In this document: piece by piece, positions 1-10,036 of the stretch
Position numbering within the stretch: position 1 is the first letter of the stretch
Layout: each line of letters begins with the position of its first letter
Assembly (NCBI GenBank): GCA_965219345.1
Contig: OZ244732.1
Span: forward strand, 704,001-768,000
Reading direction: 5' to 3'
Length of the DNA: 64,000 bases
Origin: Nitrosopumilus sp.
Lineage (GTDB): Archaea; Thermoproteota; Nitrososphaeria; Nitrososphaerales; Nitrosopumilaceae
Notes under the pieces: model-generated
What the model saw: only the letters and a program-made list of their open reading frames with translations
The model's database searches: none
What the model was told of the DNA's origin: nothing
Made by a program: the position numbers and the translations under genes

Positions 1-116
1 AATGCCTTATGATCTCCTACGATGATCAGTGTTTTGTATTTTTTCTTGATTGATTTCTCGTTTTCCTTTCCCCACCCACGAATATCATAATCGATTATTA
101 CTTTGGTATTTTTCAT
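1..116 (-). CDS. hypothetical protein, N-terminal part only (possibly PIN/DUF5615-like); runs off window
   Basis: Manual translation from ATG at 116: MKNTKVIIDYDIRGWGKENEKSIKKKYKTLIIVGDHKA; starts 5 nt after the stop of the exonuclease gene. Confidence 0.45.
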   Translation of the reverse strand, partial: MKNTKVIIDYDIRGWGKENEKSIKKKYKTLIIVGDHKA

Positions 117-121
117 AGTTT

Positions 122-784
122 TCATATCAGTTCATAGAACTGATTAAGACGCTGAGTTAGCAGTTCCTTGTATTCGTCTGTATTTTTCACAAACTCCATT
201 CTTGTATTTTTCTCGCTACTGACTAGAATTACAACTTGTTTTACTTCAATGCCGGTTAATTCTTTGAACATTTGTGAATATGCCGTACCTTGAATAAAAT
301 GATCAGTCATCCATTCTTCTTGCTGATTGCTTCGTTTTGTCTTGTAATCTATAATGGATAATTCCCCATCATATTTTGCAATGCAGTCAGATGTTCCTGC
401 CAATTTCATTTCATTGCTGTACAGCCTTAACTCGGCTCCATGAATGTCATTGATTTTTTGTAAGAAAGGAATCAGATTGTTAAAATGTGCAACGGACAAA
501 AGCCTGACTTCCTCAGTTTGTGTTATTCCGTTCAGATAATTTTCAATCAATTTGTGAGTTTGAGTTCCTATCATTGTGGATTCTTGTGTAATGTGCTCAG
601 CAGCTGTTTCTTGCTCCTTCCAATTTTGTAGATCTTGTTGTTTTTCAGCAGGCATTGTTTTTTGCAGTATTGTCGTAATTGATGGAAAGACATCACCTTT
701 TGGAGTCTGATAATAGTGTGCGTCGTCCTTTTCAATTAATTCCGCCTGTTGAAAATTAATTGGGATGTGATTGAACAAAGACAT
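122..784 (-). CDS. PD-(D/E)XK exonuclease (phage-type/MGME1-like)
   Basis: YYQTPKG..PSITTIL, GTQTHKLIE, E-LRL, AGTSD..IIDYKT, Q..AY motifs; lacks the four Cys of Cas4. Confidence 0.75.
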   Translation of the reverse strand: MSLFNHIPINFQQAELIEKDDAHYYQTPKGDVFPSITTILQKTMPAEKQQDLQNWKEQETAAEHITQESTMIGTQTHKLIENYLNGITQTEEVRLLSVAHFNNLIPFLQKINDIHGAELRLYSNEMKLAGTSDCIAKYDGELSIIDYKTKRSNQQEEWMTDHFIQGTAYSQMFKELTGIEVKQVVILVSSEKNTRMEFVKNTDEYKELLTQRLNQFYELI

Positions 785-935
785 TTTCTTATGGATTTTA
801 TTATTTCATACATCATAAAAAATCTTTTTCATATTTTGAACATTCATCAGAAAATTCATTGTTAAAAATACACGATCTATCTTTTATAGTAATCTAGACA
901 AATTTAAGATAAGATGATTCTCATATTTTTAGGAA

Positions 936-1379
936 ATGTTAGATGACGTGTCATCTGTAAATCCAAATTCAATAAGAGAAAGGCAGTTTGTAGCACTTAG
1001 AGAGGAACTAGTATGGGTCATGTCAAGAATCAGAGGAACAAACACAAAGATTGACGTCAAAATGAAGAAGATGCTTGCAGATGAGAGATACAAGTTTGAG
1101 ATGTATCCCAAGATGTTTGGAAATCCTGACTTTGTTTACAAAAGAAAGAAAATAATCGTATTCTGTGATGGGGATTTCTGGCATGGATACAGGTATCATG
1201 AAAAAAAGAGGCCTGCAAAAAAGTTCTGGCGGGACAAGATTGAAGACAACATGAGACGTGATCAGAGATACACAAGAAAGCTAAGACGAGAAGGATGGTC
1301 AGTTCTAAGATTCTGGGAGCATGACATTAAAAAGAATCCAGAAAAGTGCATGAGAAGAATCAAAAGAAAACTCAGTTAG
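936..1379 (+). CDS. vsr: very-short-patch repair endonuclease (Vsr family); true start may be nearer MSRIRGTNT (1020)
   Basis: MSRIRGTNTK, GNPDF, FCDGDFWHG, FWRDKIEDNMRRD, GWSVLRFWEH. Confidence 0.85.
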   Translation: MLDDVSSVNPNSIRERQFVALREELVWVMSRIRGTNTKIDVKMKKMLADERYKFEMYPKMFGNPDFVYKRKKIIVFCDGDFWHGYRYHEKKRPAKKFWRDKIEDNMRRDQRYTRKLRREGWSVLRFWEHDIKKNPEKCMRRIKRKLS

Positions 1380-1819
1380 AGATAACTCCTGTAATAATTT
1401 TTCTTCAGCTTGTTGACAGGTATTATCCTTCAACAAAGTTTCTGGGAGTTTGGATTCAAAAATTCTGTCGCAGTTTCTTGCTTTGAGAAGTTCAAGGCTT
1501 TTCTGAGTATCTGCTCTTGTGATGAACTTTTTCCATAGAGTTTGAGTCTGCGGCGGGCCATTAGGCTAAGCCTCGAAAAATTTTAGAATAATATGAAATG
1601 ATAAAAGTTGTAACTTCTAGAAAAATGATCACAAATTAACTGGACAATGGTAACTATTTTAAAAAAGAGTTGGCTGGACAAAAACCCTTCAGTCTAGGGT
1701 TACATACACATTATGGCCGGCCTGTTATTGTTAGAACAAATTTACATAATAACAAAATGGTACATTTCGTGGTTGTACCAATAGTTTATCCTTTTATTGT
1801 CATTTGATTAATTAATCAC

Positions 1820-2626
1820 ATGAAAGCTGCAATAGTTCAATTCAAAGCATCAACTAACAAAGAAAACAATCTAAAAAAAGTTATCTCATACATTTCAAAA
1901 GCTGCTTCAAAAAACGCAACATTGTGTGCATTTCCGGAATTTATGATGTTTTACACGAGTTCTTCCCAAACTCCAAAACAACTTGCAAACTTGGCTGAAA
2001 CCATTAATGGAAATTTTGTTAAAACCGTCGCAAAAACTGCAAAAGATAATCGTATTCAAGTTATAGGCTCATTTTATGAAAAGAGTAGAAAAAAAGATCG
2101 CGTATATGATACTTCTTTTGTAATTGACAAGTCAGGCAAAGTAATCTCAACTTATAGGAAAATTCACCTCTATGATGCGTTAGGATTTCGAGAATCAGAT
2201 AAAATGACTTCAGGCTCTAAGATTGCAAAGCCTGTAAAGACATCATTAGGAAAAGTTGGCATGATGATCTGTTATGACTTGAGATTCCCAGAAATGTCAC
2301 GTTCTCTTGCAGCTGCAGGCTCTGAAGTTCTAGTTGCGCCATCCGCTTGGGTTAAAGGTAACATGAAAGAAGAACATTGGATTACTATTAACAAAACACG
2401 AGCAATTGAAAATGGATGTTATGTAATTGCACCTGATCAAGTTGGGAATATTTACTGTGGAAGAAGTTTAGTAGTTGATCCATATGGAAAAATTTTGCTT
2501 GACATGAAAAAGAAACAAGGTATAGGTTTTGTTAACATTGATCTAAATAAAGTAAAACAAACACGCAAAGTTTTACCCTTACTAAAAAACAGAAGAACTG
2601 ATGTCTATCCTACTTTGAAGGCTTAG
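1820..2626 (+). CDS. carbon-nitrogen hydrolase (nitrilase superfamily, Nit1-like)
   Basis: FPE, YRKIHLYD, ICYDLRFPE, RAIENG catalytic E-K-C motifs. Confidence 0.9.
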   Translation: MKAAIVQFKASTNKENNLKKVISYISKAASKNATLCAFPEFMMFYTSSSQTPKQLANLAETINGNFVKTVAKTAKDNRIQVIGSFYEKSRKKDRVYDTSFVIDKSGKVISTYRKIHLYDALGFRESDKMTSGSKIAKPVKTSLGKVGMMICYDLRFPEMSRSLAAAGSEVLVAPSAWVKGNMKEEHWITINKTRAIENGCYVIAPDQVGNIYCGRSLVVDPYGKILLDMKKKQGIGFVNIDLNKVKQTRKVLPLLKNRRTDVYPTLKA

Positions 2627-3077
2627 GCTTTCGGCTTTTACAATTAAAGTTTGAACATTGATGAGTCCATTTTTGATTTCGTGAATAACGAAAAATTATC
2701 ATCGGCCATTTACATGTATTACAAGGTTTTTTTGTTGCTCTAAGTCTTGCTTTTTGTAATAATGGTGATGATGCTTTACATCCACCATAATAGTTAGAAC
2801 AACCCATGAATCGTTTCCTCGTTGTTCGTGATCTAATAACCATTAATTCTCCAAGTTTGCAATGAGGGCATTGCACTAGCCCTTTTTTTGGAGAATTAGT
2901 ACCAAGAATTATGTATTTTTTCTCTTTTGCAGACCAAGATATGTATCCATTACTATCCAAATACTGAATGATCTCTTTTTTGAAGACGTTAGTTTTTGAC
3001 TTTGTAGTTTTTACTACATGTCTTGTTGTGATCTTTTTAATCTGAACAGTTTGAAGACTTGTTTTCACTGATGGCAT
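2610..3077 (-). CDS. topoisomerase I C4 zinc-finger domain protein
   Basis: CPHCKLGEL..RFMGCSNY..C and CNTC..CSNFNC zinc ribbons. Confidence 0.75.
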   Translation of the reverse strand: MPSVKTSLQTVQIKKITTRHVVKTTKSKTNVFKKEIIQYLDSNGYISWSAKEKKYIILGTNSPKKGLVQCPHCKLGELMVIRSRTTRKRFMGCSNYYGGCKASSPLLQKARLRATKKPCNTCKWPMIIFRYSRNQKWTHQCSNFNCKSRKPKPSK

Positions 3078-3121
3078 CTATGATGAACTTACTAAAACAA
3101 TTTTTATAGGGAATTGGGTCA

Positions 3122-4285
3122 GTGACATTAGTGGAAAAGGTTTGTGTTCTTGGTGCTGGTAGTACCAAATATGGTAAATTGTCTGATAGTATAGCAGATA
3201 TCACTACTCAGGCATCAGTTTCAGCAATAGAAAACGCAGGAATTGATCCAAAAGAGATCAAGGCATCTTACATTTCAAACGTCTTTGGGGTTGCAGACAG
3301 GCAGGTACATCTTGGTCCTGTCTTAATGAGCAGATTGGGAATTCCAGATAAACCATCATTGACAATAGAATCTGCGTGTGGAAGTGGCTCTGTATCTTTT
3401 AGAGAGGCTTATGCAAATGTTGCAGCCGGATTTTATGATTGTCTTGTTGTAACTGGTGTTGAAAAAGTAACTCACACAGGAACTGAATGGACAACAACTT
3501 ACTTTGCATATTGTTCAGACTTTTTCTATGAAGGTCAAGCTGGTGCATCATTTCCAGGATTGTTTGCATCAATAGCAAGAGCTTACTTGACAGAGTTTGA
3601 TGCAACTGAAGAAGACTTTGCAAAAGTTGCAGTAAAGAATCATGATAATGGTGTACTTAATCCAAAAGCTCACATGCAGAAGAAAATTACAATTGATGAT
3701 GTAATGAATTCTCCTGTAGTTGCAAGTCCTCTCAAACTTTATGACTGCTGTCCGTTCTCTGACGGTGCAAGCTCTGTAATACTTTGTTCTGAAAAGTTTG
3801 CAAAGGAACATGGTGGTAATTATGTTGAAGTAATTGGTTCAGGTAGAGGTGGTTCACCTGCTGCATTACAAGGACGTGAAAAATTAACAACAATTCCAAG
3901 TACAAAAATTGCAGCAGAAGCTGCATACAAAATGGCAGGCATCTCCGCAAAAGATGTAGACTTTGCAGAAGTACACGATTGCTTTACAATTGCTGAAATA
4001 GTTGATACTGAAGACTTGGGATTCTTTGAAAAGGGAAAAGGTGTTGAAGCTGTTCGTGAAGGTAGAACAAAATTAAATTCTGATATTTCAATTAATCCTT
4101 CGGGTGGTCTCAAATCAAAAGGACACCCAATTGGAGCTACTGGAGTTGGACAAGTAGTAGAAGTATTTGATCAACTAACTGGAAATGCAGGTGAAAGAAC
4201 TGTTAAAGATGCAAAGATTGGTTTAACTCATAACTTTGGTGCAACTGGCGCAAGCTGTGCCGTTCATGTATTCCAGAGTGTGTAA
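3122..4285 (+). CDS. acetyl-CoA acetyltransferase (archaeal thiolase)
   Basis: ESACGSG, EVHDCF, NPSGGLKSKGHPIGATG. Confidence 0.92.
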   Translation: MTLVEKVCVLGAGSTKYGKLSDSIADITTQASVSAIENAGIDPKEIKASYISNVFGVADRQVHLGPVLMSRLGIPDKPSLTIESACGSGSVSFREAYANVAAGFYDCLVVTGVEKVTHTGTEWTTTYFAYCSDFFYEGQAGASFPGLFASIARAYLTEFDATEEDFAKVAVKNHDNGVLNPKAHMQKKITIDDVMNSPVVASPLKLYDCCPFSDGASSVILCSEKFAKEHGGNYVEVIGSGRGGSPAALQGREKLTTIPSTKIAAEAAYKMAGISAKDVDFAEVHDCFTIAEIVDTEDLGFFEKGKGVEAVREGRTKLNSDISINPSGGLKSKGHPIGATGVGQVVEVFDQLTGNAGERTVKDAKIGLTHNFGATGASCAVHVFQSV

Positions 4286-4286
4286 A

Positions 4287-4652
4287 ATGTCTGTTGAAGA
4301 ACAACTTATTGAAAATGCTAAACAAGGTAAACTCCTAACTCACAAATGTACTGACTGTGGTTATCTTCACCTATCTACAGCCTATTATTGCCTAAAATGT
4401 GGCAGCAAGGGATTTGAGGATGTCCTTTTAGAGGGAATGGGCGCAATTGCTACTTATACCATAATTACTGTCGCTCCTGCTGGCTTTGAAAAATATACAC
4501 CATATGCCTTTGTCGTACTTCAACTAGACAACACACATTTGAGAATTTCTGGATTTATGGCAGGAATTGCCACTCCTGCAGATCTACCTGTTGGAACAAG
4601 AGCCAAAATAACTGGTTTTGATGAACGTGGAATCATCATTGAAAAGCAGTAA
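4287..4652 (+). CDS. DUF35 Zn-ribbon/OB-fold thiolase partner
   Basis: CTDCG..YCLKCG plus OB fold; ATG at 4287 just after thiolase stop. Confidence 0.85.
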   Translation: MSVEEQLIENAKQGKLLTHKCTDCGYLHLSTAYYCLKCGSKGFEDVLLEGMGAIATYTIITVAPAGFEKYTPYAFVVLQLDNTHLRISGFMAGIATPADLPVGTRAKITGFDERGIIIEKQ

Positions 4653-4722
4653 AATAATTTGTTTGAATAATTAAAAAAAATCACAACCGATTCTTAATAA
4701 TTTTGCATAGGTGATCACTTTC

Positions 4723-4875
4723 ATGTCAGTAGAAATTACATGTGGTAAATGTGGAGAAAAGATCACAAACATGAAGATGTTAAAATCACTGAAAGATGTA
4801 ATGAACCCTTATAATGGTAAGTGTCCATCATGTGGACAGAAACTTTCTACATCAGAATTTTCACTTGATGTTTAA
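4723..4875 (+). CDS. small zinc-ribbon protein (50 aa; not in ORF track)
   Basis: MSVEITCGKCG...GKCPSCGQKLSTSEFSLDV; AGGTGA SD-like motif upstream. Confidence 0.7.
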   Translation: MSVEITCGKCGEKITNMKMLKSLKDVMNPYNGKCPSCGQKLSTSEFSLDV

Positions 4876-5039
4876 GAAAACTGATCCAAAAGATCTCTAG
4901 AAAAGATCATTTTTATATTTTTAAAAAAATTAGATCGTTGATATTAGAAATCTTTGCATCTTAACAACAGATCTGATCTAAAAATGTCTGAAATAACATA
5001 GTCATAAGTCTTATTACCTCCTAATTTTTAGAAAAGTGC

Positions 5040-7133
5040 ATGGAATTGACTGAAGAGATACCTGAACTAAAGAGAAGTGGAATCCTACAATCTACATCAA
5101 AACGTGTCAGAATGATCTTTTCTGTCATGGCAAGTCCGAATAGAATTGATATCCTCAGAATCCTAAATTCTAAGGGTCCTTTGACCTATTCTGAATTGAA
5201 ATCTTTGGCTGGATTCAAGTCAAAAAAAGAAAGTGGTAAATTTGCATACCACTTGAGAAAATTACTTAGACAATCTCTTGTTGCACTTAATAAATCTGAA
5301 AGACGTTATACCATAACAAATCTTGGAAAACTAGTTTTGAGTTTGGCAAGACAAATTGAAGAAAGATCAATTATTGAAAGTGGAAAAATGTATGTTAGGA
5401 CATCACATGCATCCATTGAGGAATTTAATTCTCATAAAATTATTCAATCACTAGTCCGTGAAGGAAGTCTTCCATTAGAACTAGCACAAAAAATTACTGA
5501 AGAAGTTGAAAATAGAATTTACAAATACCAAACTACCTATCTCACAGGCTCACTAATCAGAGAACTGGTAAATTCTGTTCTCTTAGAACATGGTCATGAG
5601 GAATATCGAAACAAACTTGCACGCCTAGGCCTACCTGTTTATGACGTTCAGGAGATGATTTCCAACTTAGATAATGTGAATAATGGTGCTGAAGGTCTTC
5701 TGTTTAACACTGGACAGACAGTGTTTGCTGAACACTTACTAACTAATCTTTTACCAAAAGATGTTGCAGACTCGCATCTTTCCGGAGACTTGCACATTTC
5801 TAATCCTGGAATTTGGTCAATGATTCCTGACACAATATTTGTTAATGTTAAAGAACTGATTGAAGATGGAATTGATCTTGGTGGAAAATATCTTGATGTA
5901 TCACGAATTCCTGCATCAAAACAACTTAATGAGATTGCAAGTTCATTGTCTATCGTAATTTCTCTTCTTTCAAAAGAAGCTTCCCAAGAAATCGTACTTG
6001 ATGGATTAGTTCAATTGTTTTCAAAACATTCAAAGTCTCTTCCGGAACTTGAACAAAAACTAACTGATGCTTTTGCAACTGCATCTACAACTTCTAAATA
6101 CAATAATACAAGCACCGATGTCTCAATTCGAATACAATTGGGATCTGATACAAAAATAGTCAATTCCATTATTAACGCATACAAAAATTATACAAAGATA
6201 ACCCCAATCCCAAAAATTGGTTTGATAATAGATCTTGACAAGAGAAAGATAACCGATATCTCGAAGTCAGTATCTCAGATAATTTCACTTGGTGGAAAAG
6301 TAATGTTTGCTCAGGGTCAAACATCAAGTTATGGTATAACAAATGGATCTACAAAGACTACAGACTCACTTTCAATAATATTGCAATCTGTTTCCATAAA
6401 CCTTCCGAGACTTGCTTTTGAATCAAATAAAGATGAAACCTACTTTAGAGCAAGACTTGCATTACTAATGAAACCAGCACTATCCTCTATGGCACTAAGA
6501 AAAAAAGACATCTCAGATCTTACTAGAAGAGGACTTAACCCAATTCTTGCAAAGAATACCCAATATATGCAAAGAAGTTCCGTTTCTCTTGTTGTAAATT
6601 TGGTAGGACTCAAAGAAGCAGTATTCAACATACTTGGAGTCCAAGACAACAAGGAGGGACGTGGAATTCTTCATAAAGTCATTGAAACTGCAATTGATGT
6701 TGGAGCCAAAAAAGGTAAAGAATTAGGCACTTCTGTGGCTATTTGCATGACCGAAACCGAAGGCTCACATCGTTTTGCTAGTCTAGATGGTGAGAAATAC
6801 GGCAAGAACTCTGCCCTTAATTCATTGGAAAATGATTCTTATTCTGAAGGAGTGGTGATTGATGCCTCTAAAATTGATGATTATACCAATAAAAGTGAGC
6901 CTATCTCTGAGTGTAACAAATTCTCAAAATTGCTTAACGGAGGATTACTTGTAACATTAAAAATTGATCAAAATGCAAAGGTTGATGAAATTAAAAAATC
7001 AATTGAGAAAGCATCTGCACTTACATCTTCTTTCAAACCTGTTAAGAAAATTTCAATATGTGGTGAATGTGGTTTCAAAGATGAACCGTTTGAAGACAAG
7101 TGTCCAAAGTGCAAGTCACCATATGTTGTCTGA
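5040..7133 (+). CDS. ArsR-type wHTH + ATP-cone + degenerate class III RNR (NrdD)-like barrel + Zn ribbon; probable regulator
   Basis: N-terminal SPNRIDILRIL..YHLRKL HTH; VRTS..EEFNSHKI cone; HLSGDLHI, SINLPRLA, LVGLKE NrdD-like motifs; CGECG..CPKC; no C-terminal RxxGY glycyl-radical motif. Confidence 0.75.
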   Translation: MELTEEIPELKRSGILQSTSKRVRMIFSVMASPNRIDILRILNSKGPLTYSELKSLAGFKSKKESGKFAYHLRKLLRQSLVALNKSERRYTITNLGKLVLSLARQIEERSIIESGKMYVRTSHASIEEFNSHKIIQSLVREGSLPLELAQKITEEVENRIYKYQTTYLTGSLIRELVNSVLLEHGHEEYRNKLARLGLPVYDVQEMISNLDNVNNGAEGLLFNTGQTVFAEHLLTNLLPKDVADSHLSGDLHISNPGIWSMIPDTIFVNVKELIEDGIDLGGKYLDVSRIPASKQLNEIASSLSIVISLLSKEASQEIVLDGLVQLFSKHSKSLPELEQKLTDAFATASTTSKYNNTSTDVSIRIQLGSDTKIVNSIINAYKNYTKITPIPKIGLIIDLDKRKITDISKSVSQIISLGGKVMFAQGQTSSYGITNGSTKTTDSLSIILQSVSINLPRLAFESNKDETYFRARLALLMKPALSSMALRKKDISDLTRRGLNPILAKNTQYMQRSSVSLVVNLVGLKEAVFNILGVQDNKEGRGILHKVIETAIDVGAKKGKELGTSVAICMTETEGSHRFASLDGEKYGKNSALNSLENDSYSEGVVIDASKIDDYTNKSEPISECNKFSKLLNGGLLVTLKIDQNAKVDEIKKSIEKASALTSSFKPVKKISICGECGFKDEPFEDKCPKCKSPYVV

Positions 7134-7338
7134 AATTCGTAAATGAAAAACTGTTTCCGATCATTTTTCAAAATTTTCTGATCAGTTTCTGATGTGGCGA
7201 TCATCGTTGTTTACTATCAAAATTATGGTAGTATGAACTTCATAGTAATGGTGTCAATATTATTGAACTGAGATTTAAGAAAAAATTGCAGAATCATTTA
7301 TACCCATATGCATCTTAACCTCTACGGAGAGATTATAA

Positions 7339-9990
7339 TTGGACAATTCGCAAATTGAAAGTACTATAAATGAGATCCGAAAGCGTAACGGCACTGTAAC
7401 CATCTTTAATAAAGATAAAATTTCAAATGCTATATTCAAAGCATTGGCAGCCACCTCTAAAGCTGATCGTGGCCTAGCCGAACAACTTACAGATAGTGTA
7501 GTTGACAAACTAGTAGAACAAGGATTTACTAGCACTAAAGCACCTACGGTTGAAGATATTCAAGATATTGTAGAGTCAACTTTAATCGATAGCGGTAATA
7601 GCGATATAGCCAAAGCATACATCGTTTACAGACACGAGAGAAGAAAGCTAAGAGATGAAAAAATGAAAATTTTGAATCTAAAGTCTCTTGATCCAGTTTC
7701 CAAAAAGTTTGATTTGAATTGTTTACGAGTCTTAGCGTCAAGATATCTTTTCAGAAATGGAAAAAGTGAGATCATCGAATCTCCAACTCAAATGTTTGAA
7801 AGAGTTGCAATTCTAGTCGTAATTGGTGATATTCTATATGATTCACAAGTCTTTGACAAAGCAGGAAATATCAACCAAGATACAGATGAAGCAGAATCTT
7901 ATCTTGAAAAACTAGATGCCTTTGACTATAAATTCAAAGTCGGAGACTATTATCTAAATAAATGGCATTTTAGGTCCTTAATCAGTCACTATGTAACACT
8001 TGCAAACAAAGGTCAGATGAAGATTAGCTTCAAAGGACTTTTGACATTACTTGCAGCAAAGAAGCTTGATAGTTATGCAGACAAAATAACCGAATACTTT
8101 GAGCTGATGACCTCACAGGACTTTCTACCAAATTCCCCAACAATGATGAATGCAGGTGGAAGATTAGGACAACTCTCAGCATGCTTTGTACTTAGTATGG
8201 AAGATGGCATGGAACAAATCATGAAATCAACCTCTGATGCAGCATTAATCTTCAAATCTGGCGGTGGCGTTGGAATCAACTACTCTGATCTTCGTGAGGA
8301 AGGCGATATTGTAGCATCAACGTCTGGTGTTGCATCAGGTCCAGTGTCCTTCATGAATATCATCAACACTGTAACTGAAGTTGTCAAACAAGGAGGAAAA
8401 AGACGTGGTGCAAACATGGGAATCATTGAGGCATGGCATCCTGATGTTGAAAAGTTCATCACAAACAAAACAGAACCAGGTGTTTTAGAAAATTTCAACG
8501 TTAGTGTTGGTATCTGGGAAGACTTCTGGCATGCGCTTGTTAACACTAAAGATGGCAACTATGTCTTACGTAGCCCACGTGACAATAAACCAGTTAAAGA
8601 AATTAATGCACATCAACTAATTGATCTGATTGCACTATCTGCATGGAAAAGTGCAGAACCTGGATTGATCTTCTTTGATCAAATTAACAAATACAATGTA
8701 TTTGCCAAAGCCAGACAAGCACCAATAAGAGCAACAAATCCGTGTGGTGAGCAAAGCCTCTATCCATACGAATCATGTAATCTTGGTTCTATCAACTTGG
8801 TAAATCTTGTCAAGAGACAGGCAGATGGAACTTATGAATTTGATTGGCAAAGATATGAAGAAACAATCAGAAAGACAACAAAATTCCTGGATAATATTAT
8901 TGATGTAAATAACTATCCAGTTGAAGAAATCAACGTAGCATCAAAAGAGTCTAGAAGAATTGGACTTGGAGTGATGGGAGTTGCTGATCTCTTATACAAA
9001 CTAAGAATTCCATACAACTCCAAAGAAGGATATGAGCTACAGTCCAAACTATCTGAAGCTCTGACATACTATTCAATGGAAGAAAGTGTTGCACTTGCTA
9101 AATCTCGTGGTGAGTTCCTACTTTGTTCGAAAACAGAATATCCTGAAGGAAAGATTCCAGTATCAGGATATTATGAGAAACCAAAAGAATCTCATTCTTA
9201 TGAATGGGATGCACTAATTGAGAAAATTAAAAAGTATGGTATTAGAAATGTGTTAGCTACTACAGTTGCTCCAACTGGCACACTATCTATGATTGCGGAT
9301 TGTTCAAACGGAATGGAACCTGCATTTGCTCTTGTGTTTGAAAAGAGAGTTACTGTTGGAAGATTCTTCTATACAAACAAAATTGTTGAAGAAGTCTTGA
9401 AAGAAAATGGTCTTTACAGCGATGAACTTCTTGCAAAGATTGCAGACAACTATGGTTCACTGAAAGGAATTGATGAAATTCCACAATGGATGCAAGATGT
9501 CTTTGTAACAGCAATGGATATCCATTGGGCTGATCATCTTATGGCTCAGGGAGTATGGCAAGACTGGATTGGAAATGCAATTGCAAAAACAATCAACATG
9601 CCATATGATGTAACAGCCGAAGATGTGAAATCTGCATATCTGTTAGCACATGAATTAGGACTAAAAGGAATTACAGTTTATCGTGATGGTTCTAGGCACA
9701 AGCAGGTACTTCACATGACAAGTAATAACGCACAAAAGACATTTGAGGTTACACCAAGCGAGCATATTACTGGCTTTGTAACGACTAATATCACAAACCC
9801 ATACATTAAAACTCAAGTCAATGCTGCACTTGCAATTAAAGTTCATGACGAAGAAATTATAACTGAGCCTCTGAAACAAGAAGAGATTTCAGAAGATCGT
9901 CTATGTCCTACATGCAAAAACAATCTTGTCTTTGTAGAAGGTTGTAGTATGTGCATTGAATGTGGCTATAGTGGTTGCACTTCTGGATAA
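7339..9990 (+). CDS. nrdJ: adenosylcobalamin-dependent (class II) ribonucleotide reductase with N-terminal ATP cone
   Basis: PNSPTMMNAG, LSACFV, TNPCGEQ, CNLGSINL, APTGT, KGITVYRDGS, C-terminal CPTC..CIECG. Confidence 0.93.
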   Translation: MDNSQIESTINEIRKRNGTVTIFNKDKISNAIFKALAATSKADRGLAEQLTDSVVDKLVEQGFTSTKAPTVEDIQDIVESTLIDSGNSDIAKAYIVYRHERRKLRDEKMKILNLKSLDPVSKKFDLNCLRVLASRYLFRNGKSEIIESPTQMFERVAILVVIGDILYDSQVFDKAGNINQDTDEAESYLEKLDAFDYKFKVGDYYLNKWHFRSLISHYVTLANKGQMKISFKGLLTLLAAKKLDSYADKITEYFELMTSQDFLPNSPTMMNAGGRLGQLSACFVLSMEDGMEQIMKSTSDAALIFKSGGGVGINYSDLREEGDIVASTSGVASGPVSFMNIINTVTEVVKQGGKRRGANMGIIEAWHPDVEKFITNKTEPGVLENFNVSVGIWEDFWHALVNTKDGNYVLRSPRDNKPVKEINAHQLIDLIALSAWKSAEPGLIFFDQINKYNVFAKARQAPIRATNPCGEQSLYPYESCNLGSINLVNLVKRQADGTYEFDWQRYEETIRKTTKFLDNIIDVNNYPVEEINVASKESRRIGLGVMGVADLLYKLRIPYNSKEGYELQSKLSEALTYYSMEESVALAKSRGEFLLCSKTEYPEGKIPVSGYYEKPKESHSYEWDALIEKIKKYGIRNVLATTVAPTGTLSMIADCSNGMEPAFALVFEKRVTVGRFFYTNKIVEEVLKENGLYSDELLAKIADNYGSLKGIDEIPQWMQDVFVTAMDIHWADHLMAQGVWQDWIGNAIAKTINMPYDVTAEDVKSAYLLAHELGLKGITVYRDGSRHKQVLHMTSNNAQKTFEVTPSEHITGFVTTNITNPYIKTQVNAALAIKVHDEEIITEPLKQEEISEDRLCPTCKNNLVFVEGCSMCIECGYSGCTSG

Positions 9991-10036
9991 ATAACAGAAT
10001 CACAACTTTTTTACTTTCTATTATTTCCTGTTCCAT

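Noticed and set aside
122-784. Cas4 / CRISPR association
   Set aside because: No Fe-S cysteine set, no other cas genes and no repeat-spacer array seen in the window.
5040-7133. Functional anaerobic ribonucleotide reductase (nrdD)
   Set aside because: No glycyl-radical motif and no adjacent activase; begins with an HTH.
7134-7338. Cobalamin riboswitch upstream of nrdJ
   Set aside because: No recognisable B12-box or conserved core; only short AT-rich palindromes.
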